DNA of 59,100 nt, filler included, from Bipalium vagum (Eukaryota), in the NCBI GenBank assembly GCA_037834085.1. It is 3 parts of 3 records of this genome, joined end to end, with 100 filler letters (N's around TTAATTAATTAA, not from the genome) between each part and the next. Parts side by side here need not be neighbours in the genome. Positions count along the whole stretch, not along the records: positions 19,957 to 41,408 come from JBBMKC010237347.1; 2 more parts are not named here. One strand, 5' to 3'. Position numbers and translations under genes: made by a program. Shown in pieces: positions 24,980-37,670 of this stretch. Position 1 is the first letter of the stretch; each line of letters begins with the position of its first letter. The notes under the pieces were generated by a model. That model did no database searches and had not been told where the DNA came from. It was given only the letters and a program-made list of their open reading frames with translations.

Positions 24980-25320
24980 GTGTTTTCCTCGATGAGATTT
25001 AGCCTGGTTTCATCGTTTCATCAATATGAACTATTTTATTTGGACCAACTAACAAGACAGGATTTTTATCAAAATATTTTTTATATTACTTATTAGTTTG
25101 GCTCGAAATCTGATAAGAACTGACCAATAATGTATATATGAAATAATAAATAACCTGGTTATATAAAAATATTTTATGATATCGCATTGTTGAATCTCCA
25201 GTCGTTCGGTATATAATTTCATAGTGCTGGTTGCACATTTTGAATTATTGTATAAAATGATCTTAATATAAGTTTAATTTATGCAATGTGTCAAAAATAA
25301 CCTGCTCATCACCAATGTGT
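24980..25320 (-). mobile_element. Merlin transposase central relic
   Basis: LVGPNKIVHIDET...KSHRGK (GG.G.IVEIDES...KY.RG). Confidence 0.65.
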
Positions 25321-26521
25321 ATAATTTAACAATATTGTAATAGGTAAAATTTGTCCAAATTAATTCATTTTTGTTATTTTTTACTTTTTTCAAACTTATA
25401 CATCAGTAAAATAAATTTTTATTATTTAATATTAAGTTCTAAGGAATAAATTTAAACAAGAAAATAATATTATAAGAGAGCATAAGAAAAAAGGTTTTTA
25501 AAGCTAAGGAACAAGAAAACAAGAAACAAAATTTGATCGTACAACTTTTGTGAACTGGCTGAAAATAGTATACTTTGATAAGGCTATCGCAAGTAATAAA
25601 AAGGAATAATTTGATTATTTCAGTTCCATGTATTCTCATAAAATGTCTTCAAAAATATTAACTTTACAATAGTAATAATTACACAAAAATATAATAATTT
25701 AATTTAAATATTATTATTAGAAAAAAATTTATTCAATTAAACTTCTTGAAAAGGTTTGGAAAGTTAAAATTATGGGAAATTTGTAAAATCAATATATTTC
25801 AAGTTACGCGTCGATATTTTTATTAATAAATATTTTATTTTCATTTAAAATGAAATATTTCTAGAAATAAATATTTGCTGATTTTTCATTTTAAGTACTT
25901 ATAAACAAATTTTCTTTTAAAAAGCGTAAAAATATCATATTACATTTTTTTCTTCATGCTTATCTCCTTTCATCAAAAGAAAAAACAAAAAATTATAAAT
26001 AAATAAATTTATTTATTAATAATTTCAATATAAATATATTTATTTATTTATAATTTTATATATAAATATAATAATGAAAATAAATTAATATTTTAATTCT
26101 AAAATATCCAGGAAAATATTTTTATCTTTAATTTATTTTTATCATTTTTTAAGTTAAACTTTTTTATTAAAATATTCCTTACATCAAACTCTGAGATCAA
26201 AATCCCTGTAATTTTGCCTGGTTTGAGAATTTATATTTGTATAAGATTAAAAATAATTTTAAAGAATCTTTATCATGAGGGTTGAAGATCAGTTATCTCA
26301 CGCACATATCTACAAGGATAATAAAATATTCAAGAAATAACTCAATCTTTTTGATCAGTTCAAACATTGACCATAACAGAATTCTGATCTATAATTGGTG
26401 ATCATATATAGCCAATAGCCGAGTACGCTCTGTTCTTGTACTATTCACAATGAAATCGACTTTCCAAATAAATCTTAGTTCTTTTATTTATATGTATTTT
26501 AATCAATAAAATTGCCACATT

Positions 26522-27187
26522 ATGTGGCCTGATAACTATTATCAAATGTTACTGTTTCTTGGAAAATTCCTTTTCCTTTTTGGAGAAAAGGAGAAATATA
26601 TGGATTTTTCTAACTGCAAATTCATGATCACTCCACAAATTATTCCTTCGCTTCAAGAAGGAAACAATACAAAACTCACAATCAATTGCTCATGTTTCAC
26701 TAACAATCCACATTTTATTAGAAAGAATTTCAGTCCTCCCAAAGGTGTTATATCTATATCCATTCACACTTTGAACAAACACGTGATTCTACCAAGCTTA
26801 AAAGGGTACAGAACCCATCATCAGGAAAATATGTTATCTTGCCAAATGACCCAATGGTGCTCAACTCTTACTTTTGATTTTCATGATCAAACGTTTTTTT
26901 TCATTCATGCCATGCAAGTTGGTGTGGCACAGCTGACAATAACGATTATGCAAAACAATAATTCCAAAATCGATAAAAATATGAATTTAAGTTCTAATTA
27001 TATTGTCAAAGTGATAAGAAATTATAAACTATTCCATTCTGTTTTCGACTATAGTGCCACTTTTATAGCTTCCTTGACGGTGTTTTCAGTCGGCTGCTGT
27101 ACAGACTTCAATTATATCAAAGCTCACATGGTTCACCCTAAAGCGGTTTTGATGTCATTGATTTGTCAACATTTATTGATGCCTCTG
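26522..27187 (+). CDS. First coding exon of an SLC10-family sodium/bile-acid cotransporter (P3/SLC10A3/5-like, long N-terminal ectodomain)
   Basis: Longest ORF in the window; hydrophobic N-terminus; YIVKVIR then FSVGCCTDFNYIKAHMVHPKAVLMSLICQHLLMPL (SBF start motif GC...P....CQF.LMPL); phase-0 donor CTG|GTAAAA at 27188. Confidence 0.85.
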
Positions 27188-27419
27188 GTAAAAGATTAAT
27201 TATTATTTGTAAAAGGTTAATTATAAAGAAAAAAATAAATCTTTTTAATATAATAATGTTATTATATGGATACGTGTTTTATATATTTATAATATTATTT
27301 TTGGTCCAGTGAAGAATAATATTATTTTTCAAATACACGCTTTTTACGAAACATTTCTGAAAGTACAAGTTTATCATACAATTTGGAAACATGTTTCGAT
27401 CTTTTTCATTCAGATTCTC

Positions 27420-27960
27420 TTCTGTCAATTTTAATATTCCAATCAATTATCTACAAGTGATATCATAATCATTATTTTTTTATAATTTGTGTTCTTTATT
27501 ATTGTATAAAAAATTATAAACTATTTTTCAAAAAAAGTTATTTTTAAAAATTTTTCTTTAAAAAATAATTTTTGAAAATATTATAATCTTTCAAATTAAA
27601 ATAAATGCTAATTAAGGAAATTGGTTTCTGCTTTCTCCATTTTATGAATTAATTCTCGGTTTCAAGTTTTTGATTAGCGAAGATACTAAAATTTTATCTA
27701 TATTTATCATTATCTATAAAATTCATTGTCATTTGCACATTTCCCCCCTTTTCCTTCTTTAAAACTAACAGTGTGATCCAGTTATTTTCTTGTTCTACAT
27801 TTTTGGGAATACTGGCTTATTTGTGTTTTGAGATTACGTCCTACCCTTTCTATCTTCGCATAGAAATTTATGAACAGTATTAACTTGCATTAGTTTTTGA
27901 GTCACAGTTCTGAATTTGAATAAATTCTTGGCCTTTGTAGTTACCGAGATTACCTTTAAG
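27420..27960 (-). mobile_element. Possible 3' end of an LTR retrotransposon (PPT + LTR start)
   Basis: Minus strand aagaaggaaaagggggaaa-TGT at ~27738-27760. Confidence 0.35.
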
Positions 27961-28027
27961 TCGTTTTTGTTTATGGTATGCAATATTTTGCTTTAAAATC
28001 TTAAAATAAGTTTAAAATAAAATAAAT

Positions 28028-28179
28028 NNNNNNNNNNNNNNNNNNNNNNNNNNNNNNNNNNNNNNNNNNNNNNNNNNNNNNNNNNNNNNNNNNNNNNNNN
28101 NNNNNNNNNNNNNNNNNNNNNNNNNNNNNNNNNNNNNNNNNNNNNNNNNNNNNNNNNNNNNNNNNNNNNNNNNNNNNNN
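28028..28179. other. Assembly gap
   Basis: N run. Confidence 0.99.
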
Positions 28180-28768
28180 CTATAACTATATATAATTTTT
28201 ATTCACTTATGCTTTCTTTGTAGTCTTTAATGGACTCAGAAAGACTGAGATGTTCATGAAAAATGAACAAAATGGATATTAAAATTACTTGAAAAGCAAA
28301 GACTTACAAATAGTTAATGATCCAGGTCAAAGGGAGATTATCTCTTTTATTGAAATCAAAATTTGATCAAGAGAAACCCTGAAAATGAATCAGTTGTTGC
28401 TCAAAACAAAAATATCCCTAATGCTCACAAGACTGACTTTTCTTCTATAAAATTATAAAAATAATAATAATTCAAAAATCTTTTCATTATTTTGTTAAAT
28501 ATTTTTTATTAGTTTTATGTCATCTAAACCATAGATTAGGAATAAATTAAATGACAAATTTGATAAATGAGAATAAATAAAATAATTTTTATAATATATT
28601 GATTATATTTCATTTGAGAATTGTTTTTTCAAACGACTGATGGTAATAATATTTTTTCCTTTCAATTTTATTTGTGAGCCACGAAAGTTTTATGAATTAA
28701 ATAATATTTTATCAACGTTGAAGAAGGTGCATCATTAATTAATTTTAATTATTTCTTAATTTTCCGAC

Positions 28769-28769
<1 letters not shown>

Positions 28770-28844
<75 letters not shown>
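28770..28844. repeat. (TTA)n microsatellite
   Basis: Perfect trinucleotide run. Confidence 0.97.
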
Positions 28845-28848
<4 letters not shown>

Positions 28849-29294
28849 TTTTTCCCACATAATTGCGAAAATGGGAAAAGTTATATTTTCTTTTAAATAT
28901 GAGCTAAAGTGAATTATTGAAAATTTAATTTAATTTGTAAAATATAATATAATTAATAAATGTAATTAATAAAATTTATTTACATTTATCACGCTATCAA
29001 AATTTGTCCCAATCTTTAATAAAGCTGAATTGAAAGTGATAAAATAATTTTAGAAAATAATAATGAAATAACGATTCAACAGTTATGAAAAAGAGATGAA
29101 AGAATGTGTCTATCTCCGAAGAGGCTAAAAATATTCAGGTTTCATCTAATTATTTTGGTACTTCATGAAAGAAAATAGTACAGCTCAATTTGAACATTTT
29201 TCATTATTATTTTCCCATAACTTTTATTTATTGATCATGTTATTTTTTGACTTTAGAAGTAAAACTATTATTAAATACACTATGTTGCAAAGTC

Positions 29295-29828
29295 AAAGTC
29301 ACACCTAAAGAAACTGGTGGTGACTGTTTCGTGGTTTGAGTCCGGTCTAATTCATCATAGTATTTTGAATCCGGGTAAAACAATTACTATCAGCAAATTG
29401 AAGAAATGCACATAAAACTTCAACACCATCATTCAGCATTAGCCAATAGAAAAAGACCGGTCTGCTTCATCACAATGCTAGGCTGCACATTGCACAAATG
29501 ATCTTACAAAATTGAAAAAATTGGGCTACACAATCCTGCCGCATCAATCACACTCACCAGACTTTTCGAAAATTGATTTCCATTTCGTTAAACATTTGGA
29601 CCACTTTTTAAGACTTATATTTTTCAGAAACCAAAATGCTTTCAATGATTTCATTGCTTCTGAAACCATCAAATCTTACGTTAGTGACAAAAGAACTTGT
29701 TTCTCCTTGAAGGAAATGTATTCAATCGAATGGTTCATATTTTGATTAATAAAGTTTTGTTTTACTTGACATTTACATTAAAAAGTCAAGGTCAAAAACC
29801 GGCATTCATTTTTTAACAACAACCTAAT
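29295..29828 (+). mobile_element. Mariner C-terminal relic with right TIR
   Basis: KKLVVTVSWFESGLIHHSILNPGKTIT; LLHHNARLH; LGYTILPHQSHSPDFSKIDFHF; ends ...caacctaata. Confidence 0.85.
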
Positions 29829-31100
29829 ATATTTTCTTTCCAATTCTTCTCGAATTAAGGGTTGAAGATAATTAAGAAACTGGGAAATTATTTTTTTTCA
29901 TTTTCACAAAATATACGGATCTGAGATTTTATGATCTGATTTTGAATTTTTGACATATTAATCTGAAAATTCTTAACAGTGATGTTTAGTTTGAGTTAAT
30001 AAAATTATAAATAAAATTTATATATTATCATATTAAATGAAATTTGATAAATTTACCACAGGATAAATGACTTAAACAATGAATGAAATAACTAAAAAAC
30101 TGAGTCCAATTTCGTCAACAAAAAACTTATTACGAAATAAAATCATTATTTTAGTTAACACTGTTAAAATATGGATAATAAATTTTATAAAGTTATCTAG
30201 AAGTTTAAAATTTAGTTTTTTTTTAATTATATAATTTTTATTATTCCAGAGATTCCTATAAAGTTTCAGAAAGACATCATTTGAAGTAAGAGTAATTGAA
30301 AAAGAGAGTGAAAATAGTAAAAAACATGTGTGATATTAAAATTTGATTTTATTAAACTTTTAATAAAATTTGTTAATTTTTAAACCAATTAATAAGTCGT
30401 ATATCTTATTACCTAATTTTATTTTTAATTATTATTTGATTAATTTAACGATTTTTTATAATTATGTTCATTTTTCAAAATTCATTTTTCAAGATCCCAT
30501 TTATTTTTTTAAAAAAAAATTAAAATAAATTTGCAATAAAATAAATATTATAACTAATTTAAATTAATTCATTGTTTTCTTTTTTAAAATAAAATAGCGC
30601 TGTGTTTAGGAATAATTATTTTTAATTTAAACAATCATTTTTACTTAATTGAAAAAGATTATAAAATTTTTCCAGAAACAATTAAATGGAATTAAAATTT
30701 CTATTGGAAATATGAAGCAACAAATTCAATTTTAAAATGAAAAAGTGAAAAAAAGCAAAAGTTATATAAGTTAATTTTTCAATGGAAATTAATTATCATT
30801 AATTTAACTTAATTATAATGATGTATAATATTTTATAATTTTGCTTTTAATTTAGGAATTCAATCAAACAATTACTTGCTTAACATTCATAATTAAAACA
30901 ATTTCTTGAAATTATTTTAGAATCATATATTAGTAAACATTTATGAAGAGAATTATATTTTGTAGAGAATAATATTTTTGATAATAATGTATAGAGAATT
31001 ATTTGTTTTAATTTTCAAATTATAGGTTTACTTCAAAACTATATTCATACTATTTTTTTTCATTTATTATACATTCCTTCAGAAATATTTAAAATAACAA

Positions 31101-31116
31101 AATAATGATAATAATG

Positions 31117-31182
<66 letters not shown>
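31101..31182. repeat. (AAT)n microsatellite
   Basis: Trinucleotide run. Confidence 0.97.
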
Positions 31183-31185
<3 letters not shown>

Positions 31186-33157
31186 TATTTTGAGTTGTGT
31201 CAGACCATAAAAAATAGAAGCTTGTTTATAAACAGTATAAAACAATTAAATATTTTTAAGTATGTATAATCGTAAAATATATTCAAATATTTAATTGTCT
31301 TAATTTATGATTCAAATTAAACATTCTGTCTTAGCCACAAGGGAATTATTATTTTTCATGGGTATAAATTAATATACATAATGTAAAATTTGAAAATTTT
31401 TATCAGAATATAATCGTATGTCAAAAATATTAATATTAATATTATTATAATAATAATATTATTATAAGAAGGCTAATCAAAACCATTGGAATTTTTAATT
31501 TTAAAATTATTTTCATTTTTATAATGTATTGGTGTATCGATTTTAGAATTTTAAAAATAATAACTATTTAAAGATATAATTAAACGAATATTGTTTTAAA
31601 TAAATTTATTAAATATTAAACATTTTTATTAATGTATTATAAAATTTAATAATTAATAATGTTAAAATTTTAAAATATTTCCTAAAATTTAAAATGACCT
31701 TAAAATCCCATGATTTGATAAAAATCGTTTGACAATTAAGATTACTCATTTTACTAAAAATATTATTAAAAAATATCTTCTCTGATGGATTACAAACCAA
31801 TAGATGTTAATATAACATTGTTTTATCTTCTTTTTACCTCTTAATGTTTTCAAGAATCTCCCCGTATCGACTTTCTTGAATTATTATTATTATTATTATA
31901 ATTATTATAATTATAATTATAATAATAATAATTATTATTATCATTATTAATATCAATAAAAATATTAGCAACAATAATAATAGTAATAATAAAATTTGTA
32001 GGAATATTACTAGTAGTATATACCATTTATTCTTAAATTAAATTAAATTTTTTATCATATTTATATTTAAAAAATTCATATTATATTAATAGAGTTAATT
32101 AAAATAAATTAATTAATAATTAATTATTATTATCAAAACACCAAAATAACTAGTTCATTAAAATTACGAAAAATTCTTCATATATTATTTTCGCAATTAT
32201 TATCAAAATCGAAATTTATTTACCATGCACTGATAGTATCAGTCCAAGCAGTTCCAATTAACAGAAACTGAAATATTTAGAAAACGATGATAAATAAAGA
32301 TTAAGAAATTTTTCGACATGTCCAGATCAAAAATATTTTGCTCAAATGAATTCTTTTTGACATAAATAGCTTTTTTCGTTTCATTTTCCATTTAAAATCA
32401 ATGACAAATAAAATCTCCATTTATGTTGATTTTGAGAATTGATTTCTGATTAAGAATAATTGGATTAATATTAATTTTGCGAAAGAAATGCCCAAGACTC
32501 CAATGAAAAAATTTCTTCACCATTTTACCATTGCAATTAGGGCGAAGATTTTCCACGATTTCCATATGTGGCCCCAAACCTCGGCTTGGACTCACGTCAA
32601 TGATGCTGGTATGGCAAAGTTCCAATTCCGATCATGGATCAATTGTGAGATCATAAATTCGTCTGTTTAATAAAATGACATTCATCTGTCTAATTCGATT
32701 CCAGACACTGACAGGCTGAATTCGTCAAGCAAAAAATATGATGTTCTGTTTCCAACCGTTTCTCTTCAAATGAAACTGAATAGAAAACGGAAGAATTTTA
32801 ATGAGAATATTGATATTGAACAGATGAATTTTTTTAGGTTCAGTTTAAGTGAATATATCAATTACATAAATCAATTTTATTTGGACAAAGTGGTTTTCAG
32901 TTTTTTGCCATATAACTTCTTCTTGTAAGCAATATTGATATTTTTGGAGACCAAGATCTTCAACTACATCCACAGTTCTACGGAAAATACTTTTGAAATA
33001 TGTTTTGATTTTAAAATCCAAGGCTTCGGTAATTTAAAACCTAGAAGTAAGAGATTCGATAGATTTTCTTCGAAAATGGTCTCTTTTCATTAGTTAATCG
33101 ATGAACGAAGTGTCGGGAAGTAGAAGATGATTATATAGAAAATTGATTATGTATATA

Positions 33158-33730
33158 CAGTAGAGGTGGAATTAATCGGGACACTATAATTAAATTGGTT
33201 TTTATTATTTCTTTATTAAATATTTCAATATTTGTTCATATTTGTTGTCTGATTTAAGTAATTATATATTTAAAAATCTATAGTTAAATTACATTTTCAA
33301 ATTTTATAGCTAGTAATCTTGAATCTCTTTGGAAATTGATAATACAATAGAAAAACGTGCTGTAGTGAAATCTTTGTTTGGTGTTGGCTTATCACAGAGG
33401 GATATTCAACGTCAGTTAAAAATGCCTCTGTCAATCATAAATCGCTTGGTGTGACTTTACAAGCCAACTGGGTCAATAAAATCTCGAAGAATTGGGAAAT
33501 GTGGAAGAAGACCAAGCTTTCCGGACCAGATATTAGAAAAGTAATTCACGATAGCAAAGCAAAGAGCTTATAGCTAATCTAGAACGTGCATGAATGACGT
33601 ATTAATTATAGAAGGTTATCCATTCATCAAAGTCCATCTTAAACAATTTTTATCACGTAATCGCATTTTGCATCGCAAGAAATGGGCACAACAAGTAGTG
33701 AATCTTGGAAACAAAAAGAGTGTCATCAGA
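33158..33730 (+). mobile_element. Tc1-like 5' fragment
   Basis: TA-CAGTAGAGGTGGAATTAATCGGGACAC TIR-like end; paired-type HTH KRAVVKSLFGVGLSQRDIQRQLKMPLSII...GKCGRRP. Confidence 0.75.
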
Positions 33731-34317
33731 AAATCATCATATGTAGTTCATTTGTTATAAATAAAGTTTCATCTTAGTATAATTCATATTTATGTACTAC
33801 TCTCAGGGTTTTTACACATTACGTACATTAAATATTTATTTGAAAAAAAAACAAGATACCTTTATTTATTTTAATTTTGATCATCTTTTGTTGAAAGTAT
33901 GAATTCCAGACTAACAGAAACTTTTATCTATGACCTTCTGAAGTCATTACTCTAAGATTTTTAATTTTCTAAACATCAAATCTTTTGCATTGACTGGAAA
34001 AAATATATCCAGACTATATTCTAGCTTTCAAATCAAATGATAATAACGGACTCTTGATTGATCTGTCAATGTTAGGCTTAATGAATTCCTGAAACCTGAT
34101 TCATATAAACTTTTAGCGACCGACGCGAGTTGCAATATAAATCGTCAGCTAAAAAGTTCATTTAGGATTATTGTATCAGGTTAAGGAATAAGTAATTGCG
34201 TATTTTAATATCCAATTTAAAAGTTTGTTTAATTAATTTAAGTAATTTGCAATTATTTGAATCTATTTATGAATTTATAAAGGCATTAATTTTTAAATAT
34301 TTATTAAATGTATTCTA

Positions 34318-34952
34318 TTAGGTCGTCACATATGAAATGTCCGATTTTAAAACTAATTTTTTAAACTACTATAATTCACGTAATATTTAACATTTGGAAC
34401 TTATTTAAATATCTTTTTGAAGCGTTAAATCAGGAAAATCAATATATAATATAATTTATAAAAAAGTGAATTATTTAAAATAATTTTAGACGGCATAGGA
34501 ATGATATTAAAAAATACGGAAATGCGAACAATTTTTTTATACGAATGGAAATTAATACATAATGCTGCCCGAAACATCAATTTCGCATTTAGAGAGGGAT
34601 CAGCTAATGAAAGAACTTTTTGGAGGTGGTTCAAAAAATTTTAAAATGGTGATCTGACCCGAGTAATTGAAGAGAGGGGTTGCCCCGGGGGCGTCAATAG
34701 CAATAGCGATTTCCGAAAACAGGTGGATATAAATACCAAGCAATCAGTTCGAGAACTAGGAAAGCCGTTAGTCGTCAGACCATTTCCCGAATTCAGATAA
34801 CCCGATTTTTATGCCACTGGCATTTTGAAACTAGTTTCTAGATGGCAAAAATTTGTAAAATCTGATGGTGAATATTTCAATTAAACAAAACTTTTTTTTA
34901 TTGCTTTTTATTGCATATTATGTAATCGGACATTTCATATGTGACAATCTAT
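34318..34952 (+). mobile_element. Internally deleted mariner with TIRs
   Basis: ttaggtcgtcacatatgaaatgtccgatt / aatcggacatttcatatgtgacaatcta; MILKNTEMRTIFLYEWK...AARNINFAFREGSANERTFWRWFKKF joined to GILKLVSRWQKFVKSDGEYFN*. Confidence 0.92.
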
Positions 34953-34959
34953 TAATAAC

Positions 34960-35592
34960 TTCAGAGAAGAATTTAGTGTACGTTAATGCCAGAATTGGTT
35001 TTTAGAAGGTATTCTTGATTTTTAGGACCAACCAAGATTGCGAGAAGGTATTGAATCAAATCCCAGTCAAACCACATATGATTTGATCGAGACATATGAT
35101 TGCGATCAGCAAACCATTTGGAAAGATTTAAAGAACATTCGGAACGCCGAACTTTATTCTCAGTACTTAGTGAGACTGAGTCAAAATAACAGGTCAATTT
35201 AAAAAAAAACAGAAACGTATGATCATGCAACAGAACAATGCAAGACCAAATACAGTTCGATTGACTCAAGAAAAGATACAGATATTGGATATGTGGTCTT
35301 ACCATATCCATCATATTCTCCCAACATTGTTCCATCGGATTATAACTTATTTTGATATCTTGAAAATTATTTGAGTGAACAGGAGTTTCAAAATGAGAAA
35401 TCCATCAAAGAAACCATCTTGGCCTCTATCAACTGAGAGAAAACCGAATTTTGTCGCAAAGGCACTATTACAGAGATTGTCACTTGTTTTTCAGTTCGAT
35501 GAAGATTATATAATTGATTGACATTCAAAAAACCTTTCTGTGTTGATTTAAATATATTTGTAAAATACAAAATTACTTATTATTTGACCCAA
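34960..35592 (+). mobile_element. Mariner C-terminal relic
   Basis: QQNNARPN and VLPYPSYSPNIVPSDYNLF; ends ...tgacccaata. Confidence 0.8.
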
Positions 35593-36629
35593 TAAAATTC
35601 CATTTCTCATCAATAGTGAAAGTTTTCTTAAAACAGGTTTTCTGGGTTGTTTATCAAATACTTTGAAACACTTTTTGACACGGTCATCTCAATTTTTATG
35701 ATTGTTGAGTGTTCAGTGAGTATTAAATTCTTCTATCTCTGGTTTTTCCCAACGAAACAAAAATGACTGAAAACATTTTGGTAAGTAGATCCAAGTTGAA
35801 TTTTCTTTTCATATGAATCAAAGTTAGCAGTATTTGTAGACCAGAAAATTTGATCTTGATACTTTCAAGGTCGATAAGACGTCATTTTCTTTTGATAATC
35901 TTAAAAACCAAAAGTCTTATAATAATATAATATAATATAATAATAATAATGATAATAATAATAAAAATAAAATATAATATAATAATCTAACATTAACATA
36001 ATATTAATATAATAATAAAATAATTATAATGTTTATTAATAGTTTTATTTATTTCATATTTTTATCAATGTTATTAATATTTTAATTATCAGAAAGGAAC
36101 TTGTAGAAACTTTTTATTCAACTTTCTAATTATTTTTAAGAGATTTTAATTTTAATGTATTTACAAAATTCTATGAAATTTTTTAATTTAACAAATAATA
36201 AGTTTATCATTATCCATTTAAAATTAATTATAACTTGAAGATTTATCAGTGCTCAACAAAATGAACTTCGCTCAAATGTCTTTTTATTATTATTATTATT
36301 ATTATTTATCGAACATAATCGCTTAATTTTTTATATTTTTAAAATAAATTTTTGTTTTTCAAATGTAATTTTCACATTTTATTTTGTAAGATCTTATATT
36401 AAATTAATTTACTGTTCCATTAGATATTCGTATTTTTTTGTTTAATATTACTAGTTTTAATCAGTTACTTATTTTTTTATCAAAATACTTGTATTCTTTG
36501 ATAGTATTATACAATTTTTAAACCATAAAAAGTGATTTTATTATTTTACAGTAAATAAGAAAGAGAAGCTATTTTTCAAATATGTCAACAATGATATAGA
36601 TTAAAGAGAAGTTATTTATGTTTAATATT

Positions 36630-37670
36630 AACAGTAGATCCTTTGGAAGCAATAATCAAGTGGATGGTACAAGATTTAGTGCGGAAGAGGGAAGTACTTC
36701 TTCTTTGGTATACAAAAATTTGACTTGTAGCTCAGGTTGTTGCACATGGTGTTTTGGCATCGTTTTCTTAAAGAATGAAAAAATCCAATATAATTAACGT
36801 TTAATTCTGGAGATAGAGCCGGATGGCTCGTAACGGTGATTGTTGTAATTATACTGTCCCAAAGACATATACCTTTTGAACATTTCTTTAATCAAGATAT
36901 GAAAAAGTTTTTGAACCAATTCATCTCGTTTAAAGATGTAGGTATAATTATATCACACATCAGTTCGTAAAAGATAGTAGAAGTCATGGTGCAGTCAATT
37001 TTTACATATCTCCTTTGATGTGCTTCCACGAGGATCGTTGGGATTCATGGTCTACCTGAAACCTCCAAATACCGTTGAAACTATTTTCGGACTTTGGTGT
37101 GACAACATCAGTTATTATCATTATCATCTATTAGCTTTATCATTATCATTATCATCTATTTAGCTTTCTATTATATTAGCCTTGCTTACATGGGTACTTT
37201 TTTCTTGCACCATTATTAAAGGAATACAGCTTGAATCATTTTTCGTCAAAATTCACATAATTGTCTGTGTTATTGGCACCACTTCAACCCTTTAGCATCC
37301 TGATCATCTGATAAAAGGACATGTTCTTTGAGATACAAGCCTGAATTTTTCATATTTAATAATTCTTCCGACATCAGTTGTTGGAATGGAAATCTCCTGT
37401 GAAATGTTACAGATTCTACTGATGTGATGCTGAAAAATAGCACTTGTTACTGCTCGTAGTCTTCAATACAAGGTCTTCCTGCATTCTTGCAAATAAACCA
37501 CATTAAAAAAATTTGTCTCGCAAATTCATTATACATGTTTTATTTACATTAAATATTTTGTATAAATCTTGAACCGTTGAGTATTTTGGTTCCACTTTTC
37601 CCATCTTAACCAGTAATCTATCATAATTGAATAATAAACGCATTTTACCTTTTTCCGATAGAGTTGACAT
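36630..37670 (-). mobile_element. Tc1-like transposase relic
   Basis: ATG at 37670; HPALSPELN (WP..SPDLN) and C-terminal IIASKGST (VI..KG..TKY). Confidence 0.6.

Noticed and set aside
31060-31245. Poly-Tyr ORF
   Set aside because: Translation of an (AAT)n microsatellite
37110-37165. atcattatcatcta tandem units as a CRISPR-like array
   Set aside because: Simple slippage repeat without unique spacers, in a eukaryotic TE relic
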